Positions 30,031-39,614 of a stretch of 64,000 nt of DNA are shown here, one piece after another. Each line of letters begins with the position of its first letter. Within the stretch, counting starts at the first letter, position 1. The DNA comes from an uncultured cyanobacterium (GTDB taxonomy: Bacteria > Cyanobacteriota > Cyanobacteriia > Cyanobacteriales > Nostocaceae): positions 160,001-224,000 of the forward strand of contig CAVUDP010000003.1 in NCBI GenBank assembly GCA_963740315.1, given 5' to 3'. The position numbers were made by a program, and so were the translations under genes. Under the pieces are notes generated by a model. That model saw only the letters and a program-made list of their open reading frames with translations. It had not been told where the DNA came from and made no database searches.

Positions 30031-33000
30031 TCACCTTTGACCTGTTAAAGATTCTTGCTGCTGTGGTGGTGCTACTTTTTGTCTGCCGAAACCACCAAAT
30101 AGTTCGTTTACCTTAAGGCTGACGTTGAGATAAGGGCCTCCCGCAGAGCGATAACCTGTAAAGTCGCGATCGTCGGCGCTACCGAAGGCGTAACCGACAC
30201 CAACGCGGAAATCGGGTGTGAGATAATATCCAGCTTCTACGGCTACGCCAAATTCGCTGTAATCCTGTGTGGGTTGACCGATCCAACGTCCTTCTACTGC
30301 TAAATCGGTGCGGTAGCCTAATTGATAGTTTGCCCGTAGTTGCGCTAGGTTAACGCTGCTGTTGCTAGTAAAATTATTAGCTAAATAATTATTGCTGTTA
30401 CGGAAGGCATATTTACCGTATAGTTCCCATCGCCAACTGGGTGCATAAATTGCTTCTGCTGAGAAAAGATGGTCGATCGCACCGTTTCCGCTCCCAAATA
30501 ACAAGGTATCGGGGGTTGTGGAAGGATTTTGGCGATATTCATATTTGAGTAAACCGTTGAATTTATCGCTGTTGAGATCGCGATATGCCAAACCGACGCG
30601 CAAGTTGGCTGTATCTGCTAATCCTTCCAATAGTTGATTTGCTCCACCGGCTTGTTTGTACCGTACTGCTGCTGTCAATGCTGGCAAAATTTTACCCGCA
30701 GCCCCAGCGGTAATTACTGTATTGTTACCGCGATCGCCATCCCGATATTCAAAGCGGGCGTTGGCGTTGAAGTTGGGATTATCGGTGTATGCCATGCCGA
30801 TGCTGTAGGTATTTCCCTCGAATAAACCCAAGGAAGAAGCACTTTGTCCGGTTGCATAGGGTTGAGCAAATCTGACACCTGTGGCAGTGCTGCTGAAAAT
30901 ATCTTTAAATACCCGCTCGTAACCTAAATCTACTTTGAATCCAGGTGCAACGCGAATGCGATGATTTAACCCGATCGAACCTCGATCGTTCATGCCGTCG
31001 ATGCCTGAGAGAATCGAGTAGCGTCCGTTGATGGTGGTATCTTCTGTAAATTTATGTTCGACAAGGGTATCTAAATTAGTAATGCTGTTGCCTTTCAACA
31101 AGCCGCCATCAAAGAATTGATGCGCTAAACGCATTGTTACGCCGGGGTACAGCGCCCAATCTAAACCGAGGGTGGTACGGTTGGGATAAAGAGGATCGCT
31201 ATCATTGCTGTTGTTTAAGTTAAGTTCGTTTTGAGCGCGAAAATCTAGAGACTCGGTGATGGGAACGTTAAGACTGGATACTAATTGACTGGCGGTGCCC
31301 TCAAACAGGTTGTTTACTCTATCTTCGCGGGAACGATTAACGTACTCAAGTTTTACATCTGACTCGCCGATTTTTTGCTGAATACCTGCTTTAACTGTAG
31401 TTAGGGTGTTATCAATTTGACTTCCCGGTGTCGGTAGTGGCTGAGGGTTAAATAAGTCAAAAAATTGGGTTTGTTCCGCTGGAGCAATACCGAAATTTTC
31501 TTCGCGATCGTAACCCACCTGAAGACTAGTTGTATCGGTAACTTTAGCGGCTACATCCGCACCATAACGGGTTTGTCCCGGCGCAAAACTCCAGGTAGCG
31601 TTATTGGCAAAGTTTTCTGTCGCCGAACGATAATAAGCTTGTCCTTGAAAGTCACCAATGTTACTATTCGCTTCTACACGATAAGCAGAACCACCGACAT
31701 CGCCAAAATTAAGAGTATTGTGTTGCGATCGCGCATATTCACCGACAATAAAACCGGATGCAAAGGGCGCGTAGAAATCAACTCCGTAAAGTTCAAAGTC
31801 TTGCGCTCCTTGCTCTTCTTTTAAATAACTACCTCCCAAAAATGCTGTTTTATTTGCATCGCCGCTTCTCAAGTTGTATTGCAGTCTACCGCCATAAAGT
31901 TGACTATCTTCGCCGCTTTCGTTTTGATAAGTAACTACAATTCGATTTACTAAAGTTGCTTCTAAAGGGTTTAATTCGGTAGCTTGAATCGGACGACGAA
32001 ATAGAATTGTTCCTCTGTCGTAATCGATTTCATAATCTGCACCGCGATACAAAGGCTGGCGTTTGACTACCGTACCGGGACGATTAATTTCTTCTGTTTC
32101 GATAAAAACGCTTTCACTACCCGGAATTACCAAACGACGAGAAACGAAGTAGTAACCGCTAGTTCCGTTGGGGGTTATGGTATCTCGTTGAAAACCTTCG
32201 ATATTATTAGCAAATAATCCAGTTAGCTGTAAGTTACCGAGATTAAAATTTCCTTTAAAACCGTGTAGCTGTCTGGTGGTAGCAGTATAAAGTTGAGATT
32301 GTCGGGCAAATTCTTGAGTATTGTAGTCACCCCACATGAAATAATCGGATTCTGCTCCATTGATATCGGGAGTACGTTCGATGCGAGCATAAACGCTATC
32401 TATAGAAGGAGCAGTATTAGTAACTGTTGAATCATCGCCGTAAACGGGATATTGTTTTTCACAAGATTGAATTCCACCGAAAAGCCGATTGTCGCCGTTA
32501 CAATCTTGATTCAAAGGGCGATCGCTGTTATAGGCTCCAGTAAATAACCATTCTCCGACTTTTCCTGTAGCGAAAACTGCTGCATCCAAATCTACAGTTG
32601 TATCTTTATCAATTTCTGGGTTAACAAAATCGCGGAAACTACCGTAGTAGTCACTACCACCCGCTCCAATCCGCAAATTTACAACTCCCGTAGCTAGAGA
32701 AGGGCGTAAATTAGTAACGAATTCAACATATGTTACTGCTCCTAAATAGAGATTGGGAGAAGTCTTTTTACCGTAGATAGTGGCGGAAAGTTGGCGCGGA
32801 GATGTTCTTTGCGCCAAACTTTCCAAGAGGGCGCTGATTTTTACACTTTGAGCTTGATTATCAGCTTGCAAAGTCGCTGAAAACTGCCCATTACGAGCTA
32901 AAACCTGGAAACCGGGTGCATCTGGCTTGTAATCTGCACCGACGAATTTACCGGCATTAGTACCTAAAGTAACGATCGCATCTTGTTTAATTAAATTACC

Positions 33001-33741
33001 TTTTTCGTCAGTAATTCTACCTTGAAAATCTATATTAGAACGTCCATCAGCCGGAATTCTGGGTTCACCAACTGGATTAATTGAAATCTTGGCTTTTTGT
33101 TCTTTAACAGTAACTTTAACGCTAACCGGATTACCTTCTTGAGCTTGAGCGGTAATCGTGTTTTCACCCTTAGATAAAGGAACGTTATACCAGATTCGGG
33201 TATGAAGTTTTTGTTCCTCATCTTTATGAACGTAACTGCTAATAGATTTATCTATCGGCTTCCCGTTTACCGTTATCTTGATTTTGGCGCTGGGATGATG
33301 CTGAATCGCTATATTCGTAGTATCAGTATTAGTTACGCCAGCTTGAGGAGTAATAATACTGATTTCATTGACAACGGATAAAGGAGTAGAAGAGTTTTGT
33401 TTTTGTTGCTTATCTTTATCAAAAATAATATTACTTTCTTCTCCCCCTACTCCCTGCTGCCTGCTCCTTGCTGCCTTTTCTTCCTCTTCTACGTCTGCTT
33501 GAATAATAATTTCTTCTCTTCCTGCTCCTTCTGCAATAACTTCTTGACTCAACTCCGGTTGACTAATCGGTGGTGAAAATAAAGCTTCGCGATCGTCTTC
33601 TACTGCGATTAATTCGGATAAATCCGAGTCATTTACTGTATCCTTAACACTTTGTGCCGATACGCTGACTGTGGGTAATACCGTTACACCACCACAAGCA
33701 ATTAATATTAAATCTCGCTTTTTTAAACTTAAATTGTTCAT
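30031..33741 (-). CDS. Very large outer-membrane beta-barrel protein with N-terminal Ig/invasin-like domains
   Basis: Signal peptide; LSKGENTITA and IPADGRS Ig motifs; YPVYGDDS; about 800 aa of amphipathic strands; ATG lies 4 nt after the upstream stop. Confidence 0.8.
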   Translation of the reverse strand: MNNLSLKKRDLILIACGGVTVLPTVSVSAQSVKDTVNDSDLSELIAVEDDREALFSPPISQPELSQEVIAEGAGREEIIIQADVEEEEKAARSRQQGVGGEESNIIFDKDKQQKQNSSTPLSVVNEISIITPQAGVTNTDTTNIAIQHHPSAKIKITVNGKPIDKSISSYVHKDEEQKLHTRIWYNVPLSKGENTITAQAQEGNPVSVKVTVKEQKAKISINPVGEPRIPADGRSNIDFQGRITDEKGNLIKQDAIVTLGTNAGKFVGADYKPDAPGFQVLARNGQFSATLQADNQAQSVKISALLESLAQRTSPRQLSATIYGKKTSPNLYLGAVTYVEFVTNLRPSLATGVVNLRIGAGGSDYYGSFRDFVNPEIDKDTTVDLDAAVFATGKVGEWLFTGAYNSDRPLNQDCNGDNRLFGGIQSCEKQYPVYGDDSTVTNTAPSIDSVYARIERTPDINGAESDYFMWGDYNTQEFARQSQLYTATTRQLHGFKGNFNLGNLQLTGLFANNIEGFQRDTITPNGTSGYYFVSRRLVIPGSESVFIETEEINRPGTVVKRQPLYRGADYEIDYDRGTILFRRPIQATELNPLEATLVNRIVVTYQNESGEDSQLYGGRLQYNLRSGDANKTAFLGGSYLKEEQGAQDFELYGVDFYAPFASGFIVGEYARSQHNTLNFGDVGGSAYRVEANSNIGDFQGQAYYRSATENFANNATWSFAPGQTRYGADVAAKVTDTTSLQVGYDREENFGIAPAEQTQFFDLFNPQPLPTPGSQIDNTLTTVKAGIQQKIGESDVKLEYVNRSREDRVNNLFEGTASQLVSSLNVPITESLDFRAQNELNLNNSNDSDPLYPNRTTLGLDWALYPGVTMRLAHQFFDGGLLKGNSITNLDTLVEHKFTEDTTINGRYSILSGIDGMNDRGSIGLNHRIRVAPGFKVDLGYERVFKDIFSSTATGVRFAQPYATGQSASSLGLFEGNTYSIGMAYTDNPNFNANARFEYRDGDRGNNTVITAGAAGKILPALTAAVRYKQAGGANQLLEGLADTANLRVGLAYRDLNSDKFNGLLKYEYRQNPSTTPDTLLFGSGNGAIDHLFSAEAIYAPSWRWELYGKYAFRNSNNYLANNFTSNSSVNLAQLRANYQLGYRTDLAVEGRWIGQPTQDYSEFGVAVEAGYYLTPDFRVGVGYAFGSADDRDFTGYRSAGGPYLNVSLKVNELFGGFGRQKVAPPQQQESLTGQR

Positions 33742-33745
33742 ATTA

Positions 33746-34660
33746 TCAACGTCGTTCTCCAAAAGCTGGAGTGACTGCAAAATTTATTCTCGCCATACTT
33801 CCAGGTGCTAAACGCACCAAGCGAGATTGACTATTTTTCTGAATTTTGTAAAGATTTGGAGCCTGAATATAGCCCGGTAAACTTGTATAATCCAAGGTTG
33901 CGGTACGATTACCCGAAATTACATTAGCAACAGAATACATTCCATTAGCATCAGTGAGAATGCGGTTGCCATCATCCATAAAAATCACAGCATTGGGTAC
34001 TCCAGGTTCCCCCGCTTGTTGTTCGCCATCAAAGTTTTTATCAACAAAAACACGTCCAATTAAAGTTGCACAATCAGAAACTATACCCGGACGAATTCTT
34101 AATAAATGGCTTGCAGTATTACTTCTGGTATTTCCAGCAGTAGCAACAGCTAAGTTTCTACCGCTTCCCCGCATTCCATCGGGTGTAACCGTAACCGCGT
34201 AAACCACACTTAAAGTTGCTTCGGGTGGAATGCTACCGGCATAGTTAATTGCAACCGTGCGATTATTCGTCTTCGTAGTCGATACTGCGACTTGAGTCGT
34301 ACTACCAGTTAAAGAAGCCTGTACCGATTTTTCCGCTAATTTCAAACCCAAAGGAAGGGTATCGTTAAGAGTTAAATTGCTCGCCGATACATCTCCAGTA
34401 TTACGAATTGCCACCCGGTAAGTTACCGTATCTCCAGGCTCGGCAGCGCTTTTATTAGCAGTTTTAGTTATTTGTAAAGCTGCATTTCCGGCTGTAAAAG
34501 TTGTACCGTTGGTGTTGAAAGAGCCGATATTGTCACCTCCAAACACCGCTGTATTAGTTATTTCGTTAGCGATCGCAGGTATAGCTTCCAAGGCGATAAT
34601 GCTAGGAAGCAATAACGACAGAAGGTAACGATACCTCCACCGCTTTATTCTTAATCTCAT
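33746..34660 (-). CDS. Secreted DUF11 plus SdrD-B-like protein
   Basis: Signal peptide (AIA-N); EITNTA; LQITKTANK..PGDTVTY..DTLP; GRVFVDKNFDGEQQAGEPGV..TDANG. Confidence 0.85.
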   Translation of the reverse strand: MRLRIKRWRYRYLLSLLLPSIIALEAIPAIANEITNTAVFGGDNIGSFNTNGTTFTAGNAALQITKTANKSAAEPGDTVTYRVAIRNTGDVSASNLTLNDTLPLGLKLAEKSVQASLTGSTTQVAVSTTKTNNRTVAINYAGSIPPEATLSVVYAVTVTPDGMRGSGRNLAVATAGNTRSNTASHLLRIRPGIVSDCATLIGRVFVDKNFDGEQQAGEPGVPNAVIFMDDGNRILTDANGMYSVANVISGNRTATLDYTSLPGYIQAPNLYKIQKNSQSRLVRLAPGSMARINFAVTPAFGERR

Positions 34661-35047
34661 ATTTAATCAGAAATTATTAAGTTGGGAAGGTTTTTATGTC
34701 TATAAGTTATTTACACAAGCCGTCTATAAGTAAAAAACTGAACGCTTACAAAAATGCTTTCTTGATGGCGATTTAGATAAATTCCATAATTCAAGCATGG
34801 AGATAACGCCACATATTGGTTTTACGCGGTAAATGCTTTATTGACTCTAGGCAGATGCAGAGATTACCTAATTACGAATAGTCTCTTTTCGTTTGCAACT
34901 AAATATAACAAGTTATTAATACAGCTAAAACGGGTTTTATACGGAGAAATCGATAAAAAAGAATTATTTTAATCGCACAAATTCAGTAAAAAAGCGGAAA
35001 ATTACTGAAAAAGCTTCTATATAAACAATTATTATCTCGGAATTCAA

Positions 35048-36916
35048 TCAACCTTGACTCAATGCAACACAATTGCGCCCCTTTCGCTTGGCTTGATATA
35101 GCGCTGATTCCGCAATCTTGAGAAACGTTGCGGGTTCTATATCTAGAGGTGTGGTACTTGCAACCCCCACAGTAACTGTAACCACGTCTGCTGGTAATCC
35201 ACCCATGCCAGGATACTCGCTCTCGATCGCTAAAGCTTGAATTTTCTCTTTAATATCTTCGGCAATACTAAATGCTATTGCCTCATTTACAGGCACAACT
35301 ACGGCAAATTTGTCTGCTGCATAACGAGCAATTATTTTGCTATTTCGATCGCCGCTACCTAACCAAACATCAACGCGATCGCAAATAGTATTAGCAATTT
35401 GCTGCAAACACTTATCACCTGCCGTGGTGCCATAATTCTTGTTGTAATACTTGAAATAATCAATGTCGCATAAAATTAATGATAATTCTGCACCCTTGAT
35501 TGACTGCTGCCATAAACGTTGTAAGCAAATGTCAAAATAACTGCGGTTGATTAATTGAGTTAGTGGATCTAAATTAGAATCAAAACGTAATTCCAGTTTT
35601 GAAAGCTGCTCTCGAAAATATAAACGGTATAGTTCACAGGCTACGGAAGCATTATCTCCATCCAACTTAATTAAACCCATGCTTTGTAACTTATAAGCTA
35701 CTATAACTTCCAACTTCTGAGGAGAATTCGCCGCAATCAATTCGCAAAAAACTGATTTCAACTGCAAATCATCAAGTAATATCGACACATATCGTCTTAA
35801 ATGCGAATTATAAATTCCGGTTTGTGTAGGTGCTTGTTGCAACAGTAATTCCAGGCTTCCAGGATCGTTTTTATTGCGTCTAAGATAGTACAAAGCCAAT
35901 CTGACTAAATAAGGATGCCCTCCTACCATTGCCATTAACTTGTCGGTGTTGCAACCATCCATCCAATCTAAACCATACAGTTGCGCTAAATTTTGTACTT
36001 GCTCCTTTGTAAATGCCGGTAATTTCAAAGGTAAACCAACATTAAATGGAGATTGAGATAAATTTAAAGGAACAATAATTTCTGTAGAATAAGTTAAAAC
36101 TACGCGAAGTTTTTGCCAAATATCCACCCGCTTAGCTTGTTCGTACCAAGAACGTAATAATGGTAGAAAGTCGCTAGCAATCTCTGGATGCTCAAATACC
36201 AAATCAATTTCATTCAAAACTATAACTACTGGACTTTCTAAAGATGAGAGTAAATAAGCTTCAAAGTAAATAGAGCAACTAATTTTTATACCCATCTCTT
36301 CATCCCAATAATCGTCCAATCGCGCTTCTTTACCTAATTCTCGGCTAATATTGCTGCAAAACCAGCGTAAAAAGCGATTAAGGTTAGTAAATATGGCTTT
36401 ATCTGCTTGCTGGAAGTCTAAATTAACAGTTTTATAGCCAATATTTGCCGCACGATCTAAAATCCGCAAGTTGAGGGAACTTTTGCCCATTTTTTTGGGA
36501 GCTTTTATACAAATAAGGCTACCGGGCTGCACTAATTCTGCATATGCTAACTCTTCAATTGGCGGACGAGATATGTAAAACTGAGAATCAATTGGTACTG
36601 GACCATTCGGAAATTCTGAAGCTGCAATACCATCGGCAGTCGAATATTTAACTAAATCCTGTTGAGTTTTATCCAAATTTAAATCAAATGAAGAGCGAAA
36701 ATTTAATTTATCGATCGGTTTTTTTATAATATCACTTAATATTTTCCATAAATCCGAAGCAACTTTTTTTACTTCTTCTTCTTCATAGTTTCCCCCTTCG
36801 GCTATGTCAGTATAGGTTTTCCCCTCCCAGCAACAACGTAATACTTGTTCCTGCAAAGAATTGAAACTGTCTCCAAAATAGGTTTTTAGGAACAGAACTA
36901 ATTCATCTACACTCAT
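35048..36916 (-). CDS. HTH + AAA-like (AAA_35) + degenerate GGDEF protein
   Basis: N-terminal W.GKTY..IA..LWK.LS HTH; APKKMGKSS Walker A; DPLTQL.NR, DIDYFK, ARYAADKF, ALYQAK..GRN. Confidence 0.85.
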   Translation of the reverse strand: MSVDELVLFLKTYFGDSFNSLQEQVLRCCWEGKTYTDIAEGGNYEEEEVKKVASDLWKILSDIIKKPIDKLNFRSSFDLNLDKTQQDLVKYSTADGIAASEFPNGPVPIDSQFYISRPPIEELAYAELVQPGSLICIKAPKKMGKSSLNLRILDRAANIGYKTVNLDFQQADKAIFTNLNRFLRWFCSNISRELGKEARLDDYWDEEMGIKISCSIYFEAYLLSSLESPVVIVLNEIDLVFEHPEIASDFLPLLRSWYEQAKRVDIWQKLRVVLTYSTEIIVPLNLSQSPFNVGLPLKLPAFTKEQVQNLAQLYGLDWMDGCNTDKLMAMVGGHPYLVRLALYYLRRNKNDPGSLELLLQQAPTQTGIYNSHLRRYVSILLDDLQLKSVFCELIAANSPQKLEVIVAYKLQSMGLIKLDGDNASVACELYRLYFREQLSKLELRFDSNLDPLTQLINRSYFDICLQRLWQQSIKGAELSLILCDIDYFKYYNKNYGTTAGDKCLQQIANTICDRVDVWLGSGDRNSKIIARYAADKFAVVVPVNEAIAFSIAEDIKEKIQALAIESEYPGMGGLPADVVTVTVGVASTTPLDIEPATFLKIAESALYQAKRKGRNCVALSQG

Positions 36917-37329
36917 AGCATCATCAGTTACTCATTTTTATGTATTATAAATTATTTTGATAACTTTCAAAATAGCACGCAAATTCCGATTTGTATATAG
37001 CGATATAGTATGGTACCTCAAGAAAGAAGTTATAACTGTATTTTTGACAATCCTATATGTATTCTCCTCCACATCTAGAATGCGTCTTCTAATCTTTATT
37101 TACCATTAAAGCGATCGGTAAAAATAACGGTTTAAAGTTATATACTTGTTCGCAAATTATTCTCGTAAATCATTTAAAGCCGGAAATATCAAATTTATTC
37201 CGTAAACCTACATAATTGCGATTAAAAATCATACAAAAATGATTAATTGCGATCGTGTTAAAAAATATGCTTTCTAGAAAGTAAAAAATAATTTAAATTA
37301 TTTTAATAGCAAAAAATTAGTATGAAATG

Positions 37330-37346
37330 AAGGGGTTAAACCCCCC
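37330..37346. promoter_or_regulatory. HetR-box-like palindrome
   Basis: AAGGGGTTAAACCCCCC matches 13/17 of GAGGGGTCTAACCCCTC, the hetP HetR site as I recall it; about 520 bp upstream of a hetP-like gene. Confidence 0.6.
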
Positions 37347-37866
37347 AATGTCATATATTGACTTATGTTTTATAAATAATTAAACGGATATAAGACTAAT
37401 TCTTTAATTTATCTTCTTTATAAGTAGTAATTGCAACACCTTTATTCCATAATATATTTAGATATAAATAATTTCAATCATCCTAATTTATTTAAGGGGT
37501 ATGAAAAAAAAATTACATTTAAGCGTTTTTAAGTAAATTTCTAAACCTTAAAGTATAAAAAATAAAACATATTTAATTAATTTATATCTAAAATTTTCCG
37601 AGTCTAATATATCTAATACTTTAGCTAGATGACGAAGTTTGATAAGTCTAAAAATAGAATAATCACAATACCTTAGACATCTGATGATTATTTAAAATAT
37701 GAAACAGCAAAATTATTATGAATTTTGTATAAAGATTTTAAAAAATGATGAAATACTCTTGCGATACAAATATAAACTTTGTAATAGAAAGATTTAATTT
37801 ATCTATAAAGTGTTCCCTTTGACTCAATAAAGTATGTTTTATCATCTGTGAGCAAAATTGAAGGCA

Positions 37867-38118
37867 ATGAATAACAAACAAGTTGAAGAAGTAGTTAAAG
37901 CAATTCTCACCAGGAAGTATTCATGGGCTTGCGTTTTAATACTGCGATTTCATGGATACGATCCGGTAGATTATATACCTTATCGTACTTACATTAGATT
38001 GCTCAAAGAAAATTATCAAGTTAATAATAATGAAACAAAAGATACTGCTGAAAAAACAGTAGATTTTCGTAAATTAGAGTCTAAAAAAAGGCAGCTTGTC
38101 AAGCAAGAAAGAGGTTAA
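37867..38118 (+). CDS. HetP family heterocyst commitment protein (short form)
   Basis: [32 protein letters not shown] signature. Confidence 0.9.
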   Translation: MNNKQVEEVVKAILTRKYSWACVLILRFHGYDPVDYIPYRTYIRLLKENYQVNNNETKDTAEKTVDFRKLESKKRQLVKQERG

Positions 38119-38453
38119 TAACCGCTTATTGAAATCCTCTTTAATTGACGCTTTTCTTAAAATTAGGATTGAATTGTTCGATTATTTACTTCTGTATCAT
38201 CAAGATAAAACGTAAATAGAGCAATACAAGCGATTAATTAGTTTATTTAGAGAGCAGATCGGTTTGAGTTCAATCCGATGATTTACCTGTAAACTTTAAT
38301 CCCAAGTCTGTCTTACTACAAAGTACACATTGATATTTGGAATCAAAGTAAAAGATACTTCAAAAGAACGAAAACTAGCTGGAAATTAGCATTCGAGTCA
38401 GAAAATATTTATGCATTCTTTATGCATGGGTAGTGTTAAAAATTATATTTTTT

Positions 38454-38478
38454 GCGGGTATTCAACCCGCTTTTTTTT
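38454..38478 (+). terminator. Intrinsic terminator
   Basis: GCGGGT-ATTCA-ACCCGC followed by T8. Confidence 0.6.
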
Positions 38479-38553
38479 ACAGAATCATAAATAACTAAGT
38501 AATCTGATATCCTAGACTTACTTATACTTAATAGCCACTCTTACTTTCCGATT

Positions 38554-39147
38554 ATGATCGCTACTTCTCGTTCAAAGAAGTTTCCAACCCAAGCAATACC
38601 TGCCAAGATTTTTCATTGGGTTAATATCGTCAGTTTGTTCATCATGCTTACTAGCGGATTGCAAATTTACAACGCTAATCCGGTTTTTGGTGGGCGTGCG
38701 GGTTTGCATATTCCTGCAATATTTACTTTAGGAGGCTGGCTTGCAGGAGGTAGACATTGGCATTTTGCTGCAATGTGGCTATTCTCTTTAAATCTTTTAT
38801 GGTACGGAATTTACGTGTTAATTAGCCGCAGATGGCGACATCGTTTCGTCAGTACCAAAGATTTCAAAGCTTTACAGAAAACCAAAAATTCCCAACGTTT
38901 GGTTTACGCTTGGCATCGTATCGTCTATACAAGTATTATTCCTATTTTGTTATTAGCTGTGTTTACAGGTATAGGAATGTATAAACCCGCTCAATTCCCT
39001 TGGATTGTAAGTGCATTTGGTAGCTGGGAAGCACTGCGAATCGTTCATTTTTCTTCAGTGCCATTAGTAATTTTGTTCGCGATCGCCCATTCCTGGTTGG
39101 GTGTAAAAGTAGGGGGAGAAAAACTTACTGAATCGATGTTTTGGTAG
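38554..39147 (+). CDS. Di-haem cytochrome b membrane subunit (Ni-hydrogenase cyt b / YdhU-like)
   Basis: FHWVN..SGLQIYNA; GRHWHFAAMW; IVHF..AH heme histidines. Confidence 0.85.
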   Translation: MIATSRSKKFPTQAIPAKIFHWVNIVSLFIMLTSGLQIYNANPVFGGRAGLHIPAIFTLGGWLAGGRHWHFAAMWLFSLNLLWYGIYVLISRRWRHRFVSTKDFKALQKTKNSQRLVYAWHRIVYTSIIPILLLAVFTGIGMYKPAQFPWIVSAFGSWEALRIVHFSSVPLVILFAIAHSWLGVKVGGEKLTESMFW

Positions 39148-39191
39148 GTTGCTTATTAGTATTGTTGCTTTTCCTATTCTCTTCCCTTTTT

Positions 39192-39365
39192 TCAACCTTT
39201 AGATAGATCCGGTTTTACCACTTCTGGGAAATTATCAAAATTGCGTCTTACCCAATCCATTCCTACTTCGTTATTCAGCTTGATTTTTGGCTCTGTATTT
39301 GGATAAATCTTTTCTAAGATATCAGCATCTTGTTCGACATTGAGCAATTTTACGAAAATATTAAG
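39192..39365 (-). pseudogene. Orphan C-terminal gene fragment, probably from a Rieske non-heme oxygenase
   Basis: Minus frame NIFVKLLNVEQDADILEKIYPNTEPKIKLNNEVGMDWVRRNFDNFPEVVKPDLSKG* with no good start; QD..I motif. Confidence 0.45.
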
Positions 39366-39532
39366 TATTTGACACCAGATGTAGATTTACGAAGTCCAGA
39401 AATGGTTGAAAAATATGCGATCGCAGCGATCGATTTTATTATGGCTGGAGTTGCAAAGAATGGGAATTGAGAATTTAAGATTGAGCAAAAATCACAGGGC
39501 GCAATAGGCGGGAGTAGATAAAAAAATTATCT

Positions 39533-39614
39533 CTCCATCTCCCCATCTCCCCATCTCCCCATCTCCCTATCTCCCCATCCCCCCATCTCCCCATCCCCTT
39601 ATCCCTCTCCCCAT
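39533..39614. repeat. (CCCCATCT)n tandem repeat
   Basis: About nine octamer units. Confidence 0.85.
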
